Shown: positions 9,664-21,012, numbered from the stretch's first letter. The stretch: DNA of 64,000 nucleotides from an uncultured Planctomycetia bacterium (GCA_964415355.1 CAYPYS010000004.1:27220-91219); one strand, 5' to 3'. Made by a program: numbers and translations. The notes: a model not told the origin generated them from the sequence alone.

Positions 9664-11121
9664 TTAAAAAAATGCCTTAAGTGCTAAATTTATAAGCTTG
9701 AATAAATTATTTATTCTTATTCTACGGAAATGTTTTATTATTTGGGATGGCCTTAGATAGAATTCTCTTTGCGCTTTCTTCTGGAGTCCCTTGATCTCTA
9801 AATAAGAGAGTCCCGGCGTAACCCATATCGGATTATTCTTAGTAAAAGATATATAAGACGAGTACCTTTCCCAAACTGAAATATCTACGCTTCCATCCTT
9901 TTTTATCCCGGTATCAAGTCGATTTTTTTCTGATAATTCTGTAAACAACGAAGAACCAGGGTATGGGACCAAGATACTAAATTGCGCCATATCCAAAGGC
10001 AGGCTTTTAGAAAATCGTATAGTCTGTAAAGAATCCTTATATGTCTCTCCGGGCAACCCTAGAATAAACAGACCAACTATATGAATTTTAGAGTATTTCC
10101 TTACTATATTGATGGATTCCTTTATCTGTTCGATCGTTATTTTTTTTCCCGCGCTATCCAATAATCTCTGGACACCTGATTCAATGCCAAAATCAAGAGA
10201 ATAGCAACCTGCTGATTCGATCTCTTCTACCAATCTAGGAGTTATATGATTAACATGGGCATCACAACCCCATTTAATGTTCAGCTGTCTCTTTCTGATT
10301 TCTGAACATATCCTGAGAATGCGGTCTCTATCGCCCATAAAAAGCGGATCTGTTATCGTTATATAAGAAGCCCTGTATTCCTTTTCTAACACCTCCATCT
10401 CATCTACCACTCTTCTGGCGCTGTTGAAACGCTGTTTGCCATTATTGCGCACAACACAAAATATACAGTCATAAAGACATCCCCTGGATGTCGACATCGT
10501 CTTGGATATAGTTCCTTTCTTCCCAACGTAAAACTGATTGCTAATCTCGATTAGATTATACAATCTCTGATTAACTAAATCCCGCGCTGGAAATGGTAAT
10601 GTCGTTAAATCCAGGGTAACTTCTCTATCCGGAATCCTGCAATACATCCTTCCATCGCGAACAAAGGATATCCCCGGAATATCTCTAAGCCCTAACTCTT
10701 TTTTACGAAATTGTATTATTTTCAAGAAGGCAAATTCTCCTTCTCCGTGCACAACAATATCACAGCATCTATTTTCCAAATATTGCTTTGCGTATACAGA
10801 TGCATGCACATTACCTAGAACAACGAGTGCTTCCGGAATATTATTTTTTAACCAGCTGCCTAAATCATAAACTATTGCTCCATTGCAAGTTAAGGTTGAA
10901 ATCCCCACAATATCTGGTTTATAATTTAATATTTGCGTCTTTAAATCAGCTATACGCAATCCTTCGGCATAGGCATCTATGACCGCAACATCATAGCCGT
11001 TTTCTCTGATCACCGCTGCTATATATAGCAAGCCGAGCGGCTCATATCTTTGAACGAACTCTTCCCCTGATCCTAACAAACGTCCTAATCCCGCCGGTGG
11101 ATTCACAAGAAGAACCTTCAC
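9664..11121 (-). CDS. B12-binding domain radical SAM protein (class B)
   Basis: MKVLLVNPP...EPLGLLYIAAVIR B12-binding-like N-terminus. SRGCLYDCIFC motif. Only minus-strand gene in the cluster. Confidence 0.85.
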   Translation of the reverse strand: MKVLLVNPPAGLGRLLGSGEEFVQRYEPLGLLYIAAVIRENGYDVAVIDAYAEGLRIADLKTQILNYKPDIVGISTLTCNGAIVYDLGSWLKNNIPEALVVLGNVHASVYAKQYLENRCCDIVVHGEGEFAFLKIIQFRKKELGLRDIPGISFVRDGRMYCRIPDREVTLDLTTLPFPARDLVNQRLYNLIEISNQFYVGKKGTISKTMSTSRGCLYDCIFCVVRNNGKQRFNSARRVVDEMEVLEKEYRASYITITDPLFMGDRDRILRICSEIRKRQLNIKWGCDAHVNHITPRLVEEIESAGCYSLDFGIESGVQRLLDSAGKKITIEQIKESINIVRKYSKIHIVGLFILGLPGETYKDSLQTIRFSKSLPLDMAQFSILVPYPGSSLFTELSEKNRLDTGIKKDGSVDISVWERYSSYISFTKNNPIWVTPGLSYLEIKGLQKKAQREFYLRPSQIIKHFRRIRINNLFKLINLALKAFF

Positions 11122-11235
11122 TTGACCTCCTTTAAATCTTTAATTTTATTGTATACCAAACTATGGGTCTTTTCAAGGCAAGCATTGCCGATGCCCCGGA
11201 CTATACAAGTTTAAGTTTTGTGCCACTATTACCTG

Positions 11236-11244
11236 TGCTATAAT
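11236..11244 (+). promoter_or_regulatory. extended -10 element TGCTATAAT in the divergent intergenic region upstream of the GT2 gene
   Basis: TGnTATAAT match about 36 nt upstream of the ATG at 11280. Confidence 0.3.
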
Positions 11245-11279
11245 ATAAGAAACACGATGTAACCTGGCTGAGGCAAAAA

Positions 11280-11981
11280 ATGGATAAATGTAAATATTCT
11301 GTGGTTATACCGATATATAACGAGTTTAATTCTATTTTGCCTTTATATAATAATCTATCTTATGAAATGAACAAGCTGCAAGATTCGTATGAGATAATAT
11401 TTGTCAATGATGGTTCTGTTCCTATGGAGGGTATGTGTCATTTAAAAAACAGCATGGATAAAAACATCTCTAAAATCGTAGATCTCCCAAAACGCATGGG
11501 CCAGACAAAAGCCCTGGCCGTAGGATTTAAAGAATCCCGGGGAGACATTATAATTTCCATGGATGGTGACCTGCAGGATAATCCAAAATATATCCCAAAT
11601 TTTATTGAGAAATTTTATCAAGGATTTGATGTCGTATGTGGCTATAGAATCAAGAGAAATTCCGGAAAAATGACGATAATCCTATCGCGCACAGGAAACT
11701 TTTTACAAAGAATGCTTTTTCATACTAAATTACACGATATCTCCTGTACATACCGTATATATAAAAAGGATTGCATTAAAAATCTAAGGCTTATAAGAAA
11801 GGGGTATCATAGATACATCCCGCTACTCTTAATTGCGAAAGGATTTAAACTAACGGAGATCCCTATTAAGCAGGGGAAAAGGCTTTATGGTCATTCGAAA
11901 TATAGTGTTTTTTTCAAAGTACCGAGAATTGTAACCAATCTCCTTCTATTATTATTCGATATAGCTACTAACAAAACATAA
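11280..11981 (+). CDS. family 2 glycosyltransferase, polyprenyl-phosphate sugar synthase type (DPM1/ArnC/GtrB-like)
   Basis: VVIPIYNE, IFVNDGS and MDGDLQDNP (DxD) motifs. 233 aa. Confidence 0.8.
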   Translation: MDKCKYSVVIPIYNEFNSILPLYNNLSYEMNKLQDSYEIIFVNDGSVPMEGMCHLKNSMDKNISKIVDLPKRMGQTKALAVGFKESRGDIIISMDGDLQDNPKYIPNFIEKFYQGFDVVCGYRIKRNSGKMTIILSRTGNFLQRMLFHTKLHDISCTYRIYKKDCIKNLRLIRKGYHRYIPLLLIAKGFKLTEIPIKQGKRLYGHSKYSVFFKVPRIVTNLLLLLFDIATNKT

Positions 11982-11988
11982 GAAGCCT

Positions 11989-13851
11989 ATGTGTAGTATA
12001 TTTGGTTATATAAATTTTGATTCCAAAAAAAATGCCCAAAAAGAAATATTGGTCAAAATGGGGCGATCTATCAAGCGCGGGGAAGCAAACAGTAGCGATC
12101 TTTATATTAAAGATAACGTTGCCTTAGCCCGCCAGCCTATATCAAATGAGGACGGAACAGTCTACCTCGTTCTAAACGGAGAAATATACAACCATGGATA
12201 TCTGTCAGAAGAATTAAAAAAAAGAGGGCACATATTTAAAAGCCGGTCAGACTCAGAGATATTGCTCCATCTTTATGAAGAGGAGGGGATAAAATTCCTT
12301 GATAGGATCCAGGGTATGTTTTCCTTCGCGCTTTGGGATATGAGAACAAAAGATTTTTTCTTAGTGCGTGACAGATTGGGCATAAAACCATTGTATTGCT
12401 ATGCTGGTAAAGATATATTGGTTTTTGCGTCAGAATTAAGGGCTATTCTGGCGCACCCTGCAACAGACAAGGAACTGGACCTTGTGCCCATGCATCACTA
12501 TTTCACCTATGGATATATCCCTGCTCCGATGAGTATTTTTAGAGATATAGAAAAAATACCACCTGCAAATTATTTACACCTTTACAAAAATTCTTTTTCC
12601 CTGAAAAGATACTGGTCATCTGTACCTATAGAAACAAATGGGTCTAAAGAAAAAAACTATGTTGAAAAAATGCTCTACCTATTGGAAAATTCTGTCAAGG
12701 AACAATTAACAGGCAATGTACCTTTGGGTATATTTTTAAGCGGGGGTATTGATTCAAGCATTATAAGCTATCTGGCAGCATCCCAGATGACAGACAACAA
12801 GATTAAAACATTCAATATATCCTCCGATGACCCTGAATACAGCGAATCTCAATATGCGAAATTAATCGCTAATTATTTGAATGTAGAGCATTTTACAAAA
12901 AGGATTTCTTCAAAAGAAATAATTAATAATGCCCGGGGAATTCTTGAGCTACTAGATGAACCCTTGGCAGATTCTTCCTTTATCCCTACATATTTATTAT
13001 CTTCCTTTGCGAGCGAACATGTAAAGGTCTGTTTGAGCGGTGACGGAGGAGATGAAATCTTTGCTGGATATCCGACATATCTGGCACAGCCGATAGCCGA
13101 CGGCTACAGAAAAGTGCCTTTTTTTATGCGAAAACACATCTTTGATAAATTAGCCAATGCTATCCCTATAAAAAATTCAAACAATAAAATTGATTTCTTA
13201 TTAAGGATTTTCCTCAAAGGTATAGATTATGAAGATGTTGAAAGGAATATAATATGGTTTGGGCCCTTTGCGCCACATGAAGCAGATAGCCTATTCAAAG
13301 AGAAAATAGTAGAATATCCAAACAATAATACTGTATTTACGATTGTAAAAGAATATGTAAAAAATAGCGGCGTCCTTGGGAGCTTGGAGAGGCAATTATT
13401 AGTAGACAGGCGATTTTATCTGGCAGGGGCCATGCTCACCAAAACAGGCCAGGCAAGCATGGCTAATTCTTTGGAAGTGCGGGTACCTTTTTTAGACCAT
13501 AGAATAGTTGAATTCTCTGATACACTGCCGAGAAATTTCAAACTGCGTCTATTTACAAATAAATATATTTTGAAAAAGGTATTTCATGGCAAGCTCCCAA
13601 ATAAGATTCTGTATCGCAAGAAACAAGGTTTTAATATTGCGATTGGAAAATTATTAAAACAGGGCCTATTGGATAAATTTATTGATCTTTTGGACAAAAA
13701 TGCTATAAAACGCCAAGGAATATTTGATTACGGTTATATTAAACAAGTGATTTCCGAGCATATGCGTTCAAAAAAAGATAATCGTCGGCAGATATGGGCA
13801 ATCATAGCATTCCAAGTTTGGTTTAACAAATATTTCAAATCGTTAAACTGA
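11989..13851 (+). CDS. asparagine synthetase (glutamine-hydrolysing) family amidotransferase, copy 2
   Basis: MCSIFGYI N-terminus. LSGGIDSSII PP-loop. 620 aa. Confidence 0.85.
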   Translation: MCSIFGYINFDSKKNAQKEILVKMGRSIKRGEANSSDLYIKDNVALARQPISNEDGTVYLVLNGEIYNHGYLSEELKKRGHIFKSRSDSEILLHLYEEEGIKFLDRIQGMFSFALWDMRTKDFFLVRDRLGIKPLYCYAGKDILVFASELRAILAHPATDKELDLVPMHHYFTYGYIPAPMSIFRDIEKIPPANYLHLYKNSFSLKRYWSSVPIETNGSKEKNYVEKMLYLLENSVKEQLTGNVPLGIFLSGGIDSSIISYLAASQMTDNKIKTFNISSDDPEYSESQYAKLIANYLNVEHFTKRISSKEIINNARGILELLDEPLADSSFIPTYLLSSFASEHVKVCLSGDGGDEIFAGYPTYLAQPIADGYRKVPFFMRKHIFDKLANAIPIKNSNNKIDFLLRIFLKGIDYEDVERNIIWFGPFAPHEADSLFKEKIVEYPNNNTVFTIVKEYVKNSGVLGSLERQLLVDRRFYLAGAMLTKTGQASMANSLEVRVPFLDHRIVEFSDTLPRNFKLRLFTNKYILKKVFHGKLPNKILYRKKQGFNIAIGKLLKQGLLDKFIDLLDKNAIKRQGIFDYGYIKQVISEHMRSKKDNRRQIWAIIAFQVWFNKYFKSLN

Positions 13852-13879
13852 TCATGGCATTCTTATCGAAGTCAATTTT

Positions 13880-15418
13880 ATGCGAAAAAATAATAAAATA
13901 ATACTGTTGTTTATTTTATTATACGGTACCTTTTTGAGACTATATTCTCTGGGCAGGGAAAGCCTCTGCGTACTTGAAGTAGTTACTGTGGATGAATCTG
14001 TACGTAGCATATCAAATCTAGTCAAATATTGGGCCTCGGTTGGACATTTTCCGCCTTATTTCCTCATGATGCATTACTGGATGAAATTATTTGGAAAGGG
14101 AGAGTTTATCGTACGTTTTCCCTGTGCAATATTTGGGATTATGTGTATCTATATCATGTTCCTCCTGGGAAAAAGCCTTTATAACAAAAAGACGGGCCTA
14201 TTGGCCAGTTACCTTCTTGCCGTGAGCACAATCAATATATATTATTCTCAATGGGCAGAAGAATACACTATGGCACTATTTTTTACCTTATTATCCTTTT
14301 TGTTTTTATCTGAGGCCTTAAAAAGGGGCATTAACTTGCTCTGGTTGGGTTATATATTATCTACTTTGCTTGCATTGTTTTCGAACCTATCTACCTTACC
14401 AATTCTTATATGCCAGATATTATATGTAATGTTACTATGGGTAAGGCATAAAAAGGATATTAATTTCAAACATATGTTTTTTGTATTTACATGCATTATT
14501 GTCATCTATTCCCCGGGTTTTCTATTCTTTCTCAAGCCTCAATTAAAAAATATACTGTCGTGGCTTTCCCTGCCTTCCTTTAATACTATCGTAAATATCT
14601 TCAATCTATTCGGGCCTAAGATATACACAGTTAATCCAAAATTTCCAATTGAATCGCGTCTAATTTTTCGCTATATCTTTAGCATCGCACTGTTTTTATT
14701 GTGCCTGACGGGGGCATATAATTCTTTTAAATTTAACAAAAAAAATAACGTCCGTTCTAAAGAAAATGGCTTTGAAGCAGGATTGTATCTATTATTATGG
14801 CTTGGCGCACCTATTGTTTTACTGTTTACTTTTTCATATCTTGTCACACCTGTATTTGGGCCGGTAAGATACGTATTATACGCCTCCTGCGCCTACTATC
14901 TACTGATCAGTAAAGGGATAATGTCGCTGAAAGGGAAAGCGCGGATCTTAATAATTGTCTTTGTCGTATTCATGGGGTCTCTGTTCCTGCGAGAATATTA
15001 TCACGTAGAGAAAAGGACAAATTGGATAAAGATATGTGGCTATATCAAAGAAAACATCAAGGATGACGAAAGGACAGCCTTTAAGATGAACGATTTTCTG
15101 CCCCTTTCATGGGTAGAACACAGGATGTTGCTATATTATTCGGCTCCTCGCATCATAGGAATAAACATACACGAAGATCCTGAAAAAATAATAGCGGATA
15201 CACCTTACAGCAGAACGTTAAAATCAGTAAAATGGGAATGGCATAATATAGAAGATCTAGATTTTGGTGGCATATGGCTGATTATAGCCGGTTTACGAGA
15301 TAGTCATAAAGATATCATAAAGATGTTCCAGGATAAATATATTCTGGTAGAGGAACGGGTATTTTATGACGTCAGTCTATACCATCTTCGATTAAATAAT
15401 AGTCGGCATTTTTATTAA
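13880..15418 (+). CDS. GT-C fold membrane glycosyltransferase (ArnT/PMT_2-like)
   Basis: Multi-TM N-terminal half with ArnT-like loop pattern, plus a large C-terminal soluble domain. Sits next to the GT2 donor-synthase gene. Confidence 0.5.
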   Translation: MRKNNKIILLFILLYGTFLRLYSLGRESLCVLEVVTVDESVRSISNLVKYWASVGHFPPYFLMMHYWMKLFGKGEFIVRFPCAIFGIMCIYIMFLLGKSLYNKKTGLLASYLLAVSTINIYYSQWAEEYTMALFFTLLSFLFLSEALKRGINLLWLGYILSTLLALFSNLSTLPILICQILYVMLLWVRHKKDINFKHMFFVFTCIIVIYSPGFLFFLKPQLKNILSWLSLPSFNTIVNIFNLFGPKIYTVNPKFPIESRLIFRYIFSIALFLLCLTGAYNSFKFNKKNNVRSKENGFEAGLYLLLWLGAPIVLLFTFSYLVTPVFGPVRYVLYASCAYYLLISKGIMSLKGKARILIIVFVVFMGSLFLREYYHVEKRTNWIKICGYIKENIKDDERTAFKMNDFLPLSWVEHRMLLYYSAPRIIGINIHEDPEKIIADTPYSRTLKSVKWEWHNIEDLDFGGIWLIIAGLRDSHKDIIKMFQDKYILVEERVFYDVSLYHLRLNNSRHFY

Positions 15419-15442
15419 AAATCGATATCTAATACGAAACAG

Positions 15443-16867
15443 ATGAAAGTCCTTCTTATAAATCCTAAAAATACACATGTAATTAAATCAAACTTTCCCG
15501 CAGAAATAGATAAAGAGACAGGGCCATTCGCCCCTCTTGGGCTTTTATACATTGCTGCCTTTTTAAAAAAAAGTTCTCGACACGCAGTAGACGTATTAGA
15601 TATGGAGATGGAAGATATTGATTTCTTCCATCTAGAAAATATTATAAAGGAAGATAAACCAGATATCGTAGGTATTTACACCACGACATTCACTTTGATA
15701 GACGTATATTTAACAGCACAGATAATCAAGGAAGCTGATAATACTATTCATATAACGCTTGGGGGGCCGCATATAAATATATACCCCGATGAATCTATAA
15801 GCAATAAAAACATTGACTCTATCATCCTGGGAGAAGGGGAAGTTGCCTTCTCGCGACTGGTTGACGCCTTGGAAAAAAAAATAGGCCTAGGTCACATAAA
15901 TGGCTTGGTGTATAAAGATAAACGCGGGGTAATAAAAACATCGGCCCCGAGACCGATTTATGATTTAGATGCCCTTCCATACCCTGATCGTACGATGATC
16001 TCTTACGAATCTTACGGCAACATATTAAGCCATGATCTACCTTCTGCTACTATGATCAGCGGCCGGGGATGTCCTCATAGCTGTATATTCTGTTATCATT
16101 CAAGCTTGGGAAAAGATGTTCGTTTACGCAGCGTTGATAACATTATATCTGAAATAGAAAACTGTTTAAACCTGGGCATAAAAGATATCTTTTTCTACGA
16201 TGATACATTTGTCCTGAATAAACAGAGAACAATTGATATATGCAATGCTATTATAGATCGCGGCTTCAAAATGCCCTGGGGAATCAGGACAAGAATAGAT
16301 AGCGTAAATAAAGATATACTTACAAAGCTAAAACAGGCGGGTTGCCAAAGAATCCATTTTGGAGTAGAGGCAGGTACTTCAAAAATACTATCTGTATTAA
16401 ACAGGCGTATGTCAATTGCTCAGATAAAAGAAGGCTTTAGATTGACCAGAGAGACTGGTATTAAAACCTTGGCCTATTTTATGATAGGCTCACCAACAGA
16501 ACAACTCGAAGATATACAGGAAACCATTGATTTTGCTATTATGCTAAAACCGGATTATGCCCATTTTTCTATAACTATGCCGCTTCCGGGTACGGATCTA
16601 TATAAAATGGGTTTGGAAACACGGCTCTTTAAAAATGATTTTTGGAAAGAATTCGCGATAAGTCCTAGCAATATATTCTCACCTCAGTTCTGGGATAAAG
16701 AGCTATCACAAGAAAAAATGAATCAACTCTTAAAATATGCTAATAGACGTTTTTATTTTAGACCTTATTATATTTTTAAAACACTGTTAAGAACAACTTC
16801 CTTAAGGGATCTAAGGAAAAAGATGAAGATGGGCCTGGGGCTTATCAAATTCATATCTAATTGTTAG
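15443..16867 (+). CDS. B12-binding domain radical SAM protein (class B)
   Basis: MKVLLINP...FAPLGLLYIAAFL. SGRGCPHSCIFC. Confidence 0.85.
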   Translation: MKVLLINPKNTHVIKSNFPAEIDKETGPFAPLGLLYIAAFLKKSSRHAVDVLDMEMEDIDFFHLENIIKEDKPDIVGIYTTTFTLIDVYLTAQIIKEADNTIHITLGGPHINIYPDESISNKNIDSIILGEGEVAFSRLVDALEKKIGLGHINGLVYKDKRGVIKTSAPRPIYDLDALPYPDRTMISYESYGNILSHDLPSATMISGRGCPHSCIFCYHSSLGKDVRLRSVDNIISEIENCLNLGIKDIFFYDDTFVLNKQRTIDICNAIIDRGFKMPWGIRTRIDSVNKDILTKLKQAGCQRIHFGVEAGTSKILSVLNRRMSIAQIKEGFRLTRETGIKTLAYFMIGSPTEQLEDIQETIDFAIMLKPDYAHFSITMPLPGTDLYKMGLETRLFKNDFWKEFAISPSNIFSPQFWDKELSQEKMNQLLKYANRRFYFRPYYIFKTLLRTTSLRDLRKKMKMGLGLIKFISNC

Positions 16868-16878
16868 GCAGGATAAAA

Positions 16879-18420
16879 ATGAATGCAAAATGGGTTTTGG
16901 TTTCTATTGTCGCTCTTGGATTTATATTGAGGGCTTTTTGCATTTTTCATCACTTGCCAGACTTTCCTCAGATAGAGGAAAATTTAGTACTAGGGAGCAT
17001 TTCGAATCTTAAGCCTTCGGATCTCAATCCTCATGATTTTATATACCCAGGGTTATTTTATTATTTACTCTTGCCTCTAGTTTCAGCTTGTAAGTTATTT
17101 TTATCATATCTTTCTATAAATTTGGTTAGTCCTGATATAATCATCGGTAGATGCGTCATTCTTACATTGTCGATATTCCATATAATTATTGTTTACATTA
17201 TTGGTAAAAGGCTTTTTGACTATAGATTAGGGCTCATTGCTGCTTTATTCTTAGCGCTAAACCCCTTGCACGCGTCTTTATCATATATCGCTAAACCGGA
17301 TATGTTGATGTCATTATTGATATCAATGGCTTTTTTATTTGCTTATAAATTATATGATAAAAAAACTCCGGAGAGCTGTGATTATATCATGGCTGGCTTA
17401 TTTGCTGGTCTGGCAGCCGCAGCAAAGTATAATGGGTTATTGGGGATAATGCCCCTCTTGGTCTCGCACTTCTTAAAATCTAACGGCAAGAGTCCCTTTA
17501 TAGGTAAAAATCTATTCTTGGCATTGTTTTCTTTAGGGTTAGTTTTTTTTCTCGCCAATCCTTTTATTATATTAGACTTTCAGCATTTTATTAAAGATAT
17601 TACAGGCGAGCTTAACGTATATCTATACGGATTTTTTAGAAATCCGTGGGCCAATAGGCAGGGGTGGATAAACTACCCCTTAGCGCTTAATAGCGTACTC
17701 GGCGCAGGAATCTTTATCTTATCAATTCCAGCATTAAGCCTGGCTATTTATAGACATTCAAAAAAAGATATCCTGATCTTATCTTTCCCTGTAGTTTATT
17801 ATATTATTATGGGAGCGAGCAAAAACAGTCCGGCGTGGTATCTGTTGCCTATAGTCCCTTTTATCCTACTCCTGGCAGCTAGATTCCTGATAATATTGGG
17901 TGACAAGGTCCATCGAATCATGCCGTTTAAAAAAATACGATACATAACCATTCCTTTATTATGCCTTATCTTTGGACTGCCATCGTTACATGACATTGCC
18001 CGATATAATAGGTGGGTCACTCAAAAAGATACACGCGTGGCGGCGCGCGAGTGGATCCTGAATAATATTAGTCCAGGAGAAAGAATCCTTATGGATGGGG
18101 TCAGCGGAGATATTCCTTTCATATTTGGAAAAAAGCGAGCCCATTACAACATAGATATCATTGATTGGGAAAAAGAAATTGATTACCAAAGCTTCTTTAA
18201 AGAAAACCGGTTCGATTTTATCATAATTGATTCGGACCTCAGGAATAAACCTAACAGCGTAATACCGCTATATGATTTTATAAACGATAAATTTGCTATA
18301 ATTCGAGAATTTATGCCTAGTATCGATAAGCCTAGGTCGCCTTTTATATATAATCCTTTATATCATCCTTATATAAAAATATATAACGGCAATGCTAACG
18401 TAAACATGAAATTCCTCTAG
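16879..18420 (+). CDS. GT-C fold membrane glycosyltransferase (ArnT/PMT_2-like)
   Basis: YPGLFYYLLLP, GKRLFDYRLGLIAALFLALNPLHASLSY. Start chosen at the ATG (MNAKW); the track's TTG at 16861 overlaps the upstream gene. Confidence 0.5.
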   Translation: MNAKWVLVSIVALGFILRAFCIFHHLPDFPQIEENLVLGSISNLKPSDLNPHDFIYPGLFYYLLLPLVSACKLFLSYLSINLVSPDIIIGRCVILTLSIFHIIIVYIIGKRLFDYRLGLIAALFLALNPLHASLSYIAKPDMLMSLLISMAFLFAYKLYDKKTPESCDYIMAGLFAGLAAAAKYNGLLGIMPLLVSHFLKSNGKSPFIGKNLFLALFSLGLVFFLANPFIILDFQHFIKDITGELNVYLYGFFRNPWANRQGWINYPLALNSVLGAGIFILSIPALSLAIYRHSKKDILILSFPVVYYIIMGASKNSPAWYLLPIVPFILLLAARFLIILGDKVHRIMPFKKIRYITIPLLCLIFGLPSLHDIARYNRWVTQKDTRVAAREWILNNISPGERILMDGVSGDIPFIFGKKRAHYNIDIIDWEKEIDYQSFFKENRFDFIIIDSDLRNKPNSVIPLYDFINDKFAIIREFMPSIDKPRSPFIYNPLYHPYIKIYNGNANVNMKFL

Positions 18421-18437
18421 AATTAAAATATTAATAT

Positions 18438-19934
18438 ATGGCTATACATAAAATCTCCACCTTTAAACCTAGGCCTGCATTATTGATTATCATAAGTGCG
18501 GTTCCGATATTCGGTTTATGTATCTGGATGATATCAGACACTGTGAAGGCAGGTATCCTGGACAGACAAATCCTTTATTGTGTCGATGAATTATTTAGAT
18601 ACAATTATATAGAAATGTCCCTTTATAATCCATATATACTATTAAATCCTTATCTAAAAGTGGGCTATGGGACATTACATGCGCTATTCTTGCATCTTTT
18701 GCCTCTGGGGATATCTTCATTGCGAACGCTCAATGCTATCTTTTCCATAGGAACGCTTCTTTTGATCTATAAGATAACGCAAAAGACGCGGCTTCCCGAA
18801 AGGGCCTCGGCATTTGCAATATTGCTGGCCTTTACCTTTCCTGTATATTTTCTTGTTTCTATCTCCACTTTGGCAGAAATTATATTTTGCTTTTTCCTTA
18901 TCCTAGCTATCTACCTAATATATTGCCAAAGGTATTTTTTATCCACTCTGGTGATAGCTTTTTTACCAACGGTTAGACAGGAGGGGATAATATTTTTAGC
19001 AATATGGCTTTTTTTGTTACCAAAAGGGCTTAAGGTCAAACATGGGTTGCTGCTTATCGCGCCATTTTTAACCTGGAGCATATTGAATAAGGTCTTGCTG
19101 GGGCATAGATTTCTTTACACTTTTTTCTGTAATCTGCCTGATAAGGCTCCTCCTTATTGTCTAGCGCCTGCCTCGCAATTCTTTCATACATTAGGACTCC
19201 TATGTCTTCACCCCATATTCCTGACCTGCCTTATAGGATTGGCCCTTAATCGCAGAAACCCTAAATATCGATATCTCTTTATCTGTTTTGTTTCTTATGT
19301 AACCATAATATTAATAGCCAATATCCTGCACCTTATAGATGCAAAGGCCTTTTCCCGAGAAATAAGGTTTTTGGTGCCATTGGTCCCTTTTATGGCAATC
19401 TACGGGGCTTCGGCAATAGAACATTTTTTAAGAAATAAAAAAACAAAAAAAAGTTTTTTTCTCTTTAGTATAACTACGCTTCTTGTCATCGGCGCATATC
19501 AGACGCAAGAATTACAGAAGGATCCCGAAATTCTTAAGGACTCTGTCTCTGCGGCGGAAGAACTGTCTATAAAAAGATTGGGGTCCTGGCTAAAAGATTT
19601 CATTGAAAAAGAAGACGTTGTGGATATTTATATCCCAGGAGAGAAATCAATAGATAAAATTTACCGCAGGCTGTGGGGGCATTTACCTGGTAATATAAAT
19701 TATTACGCCATAATTGGGACCATGGAATCATATCGATTAGACACTACGCAGCCCCTGGATATGGCTACATATACTATTGTGCCGTTCAAAAAAAATACAA
19801 AAGGCCTGTTTATTGCGTACGATAGATATGATAAGATCGGAAGCAGGCTAAACAATGTCGATTATAGACTCTTGAGGACAGAGCAGTCGTTATCTTTGTA
19901 TATTTACCTTATGGAATACGGTAATGATAAGTAA
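18438..19934 (+). CDS. polytopic membrane protein (family C, member 1), possible GT-C-like
   Basis: About 10 TM segments. Paralogue of the ORF at 28923 (DRQILYCVDELFRYNY versus DRYILFSMAETSRFNY). Confidence 0.45.
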   Translation: MAIHKISTFKPRPALLIIISAVPIFGLCIWMISDTVKAGILDRQILYCVDELFRYNYIEMSLYNPYILLNPYLKVGYGTLHALFLHLLPLGISSLRTLNAIFSIGTLLLIYKITQKTRLPERASAFAILLAFTFPVYFLVSISTLAEIIFCFFLILAIYLIYCQRYFLSTLVIAFLPTVRQEGIIFLAIWLFLLPKGLKVKHGLLLIAPFLTWSILNKVLLGHRFLYTFFCNLPDKAPPYCLAPASQFFHTLGLLCLHPIFLTCLIGLALNRRNPKYRYLFICFVSYVTIILIANILHLIDAKAFSREIRFLVPLVPFMAIYGASAIEHFLRNKKTKKSFFLFSITTLLVIGAYQTQELQKDPEILKDSVSAAEELSIKRLGSWLKDFIEKEDVVDIYIPGEKSIDKIYRRLWGHLPGNINYYAIIGTMESYRLDTTQPLDMATYTIVPFKKNTKGLFIAYDRYDKIGSRLNNVDYRLLRTEQSLSLYIYLMEYGNDK

Positions 19935-19946
19935 CAGGATAGGATC

Positions 19947-21002
19947 ATGAATATCGTAGCGCCTGTAAGCAGAATTAGCGATGTAATGGCTGTTATCGAA
20001 GCTGGTGCGGATGAAATATACTGCGGCCTTTTAACTAACGACCAGCTAGATAATTATACAAATATTAATTGTCTTAACCGTAGATCAGAACCATCATCCA
20101 ATATTACCAGTTATAGCGAGCTTAAAGAAGTCATAAAGATAGCTCGTTCGAAAAACATCCCTATCAATTTCACCTTAAACGAATTCTATAACCAAGAACA
20201 AACCACTATAGCCCTAAGGCAACTCGAAAAGATCCTGGAGTGCGGCATAAAAAGATTTATAGTATCGGATCTAGGGCTTCTACATGAAATAAGAAAAAGA
20301 AAATATCCCGATTTAAAACTGCACATAAGTTCCTGCGCCTCCATATTAAACTCTGAAGCCATGCGATATTACAAAGATTTCAACCCTTCAAGAATAATAT
20401 TAAACAGGCAGTTAAGTCTTTCGGAAATCGACCACATGCGACTACAATTCCCAACATTAGAAATGGAGGTGATTATTCTAAACGAAAGGTGTCATTACAT
20501 AGACGGGATGTGTGGTTTTCTTCATGGCAGACTGTCGCCCGCTTATAATCTTTTCGTACGCTCGATATTGGAAAAGATATCCAATAGAGATAAATATCCT
20601 ATCCCGCGTTTTCTATTAAAAAAATTGCACCTCTATGTGCTAAAAAATAATAATAGCTGCTGCTTTCCATACCATGTGCAATATTGTTCCACAAGAACCG
20701 TCCGAGGGAGAAAGACATCTAAAGAGAAGATATTTTTTAATAAGGCCGGGGTTTTTCTACAGGCCTGTGGTCTCTGTGCCATATACGATTTTTATAAGAT
20801 AGGGATAAAATATTTTAAGATCTCAGGACGATCCCTGTTGGCAGAAAAGACCATGGCCGTCAAACTAGTGAAAGAAGCCGCAAATATAGTGCGAGAAAAT
20901 TTAACAAAAAATGACTCTCAGGAAAGAATCAAGGATATTGCCCGAAATAAATATCGCAAGGCTTGCTCTCCAGAATATTGTTACTACTGCGATAACCTTT
21001 AA
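19947..21002 (+). CDS. U32-family protein (UbiU/RlhA-like)
   Basis: MNIVAPVSRISDVMAVIEAGADEIYCGL matches the U32 N-terminus (ELLAPAG..A...GADAVY.G). Cys motifs CHYIDGMCGF and LQACGLC are present. Confidence 0.6.
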   Translation: MNIVAPVSRISDVMAVIEAGADEIYCGLLTNDQLDNYTNINCLNRRSEPSSNITSYSELKEVIKIARSKNIPINFTLNEFYNQEQTTIALRQLEKILECGIKRFIVSDLGLLHEIRKRKYPDLKLHISSCASILNSEAMRYYKDFNPSRIILNRQLSLSEIDHMRLQFPTLEMEVIILNERCHYIDGMCGFLHGRLSPAYNLFVRSILEKISNRDKYPIPRFLLKKLHLYVLKNNNSCCFPYHVQYCSTRTVRGRKTSKEKIFFNKAGVFLQACGLCAIYDFYKIGIKYFKISGRSLLAEKTMAVKLVKEAANIVRENLTKNDSQERIKDIARNKYRKACSPEYCYYCDNL

Positions 21003-21012
21003 TAAAATTTAT

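Noticed and set aside
20911-21012. ORF-track start at 20911 for the second U32-like gene (90-nt overlap with the upstream gene)
   Set aside because: The homologous region begins at the ATG at 21013 just after the upstream stop, so the overlap is unnecessary.
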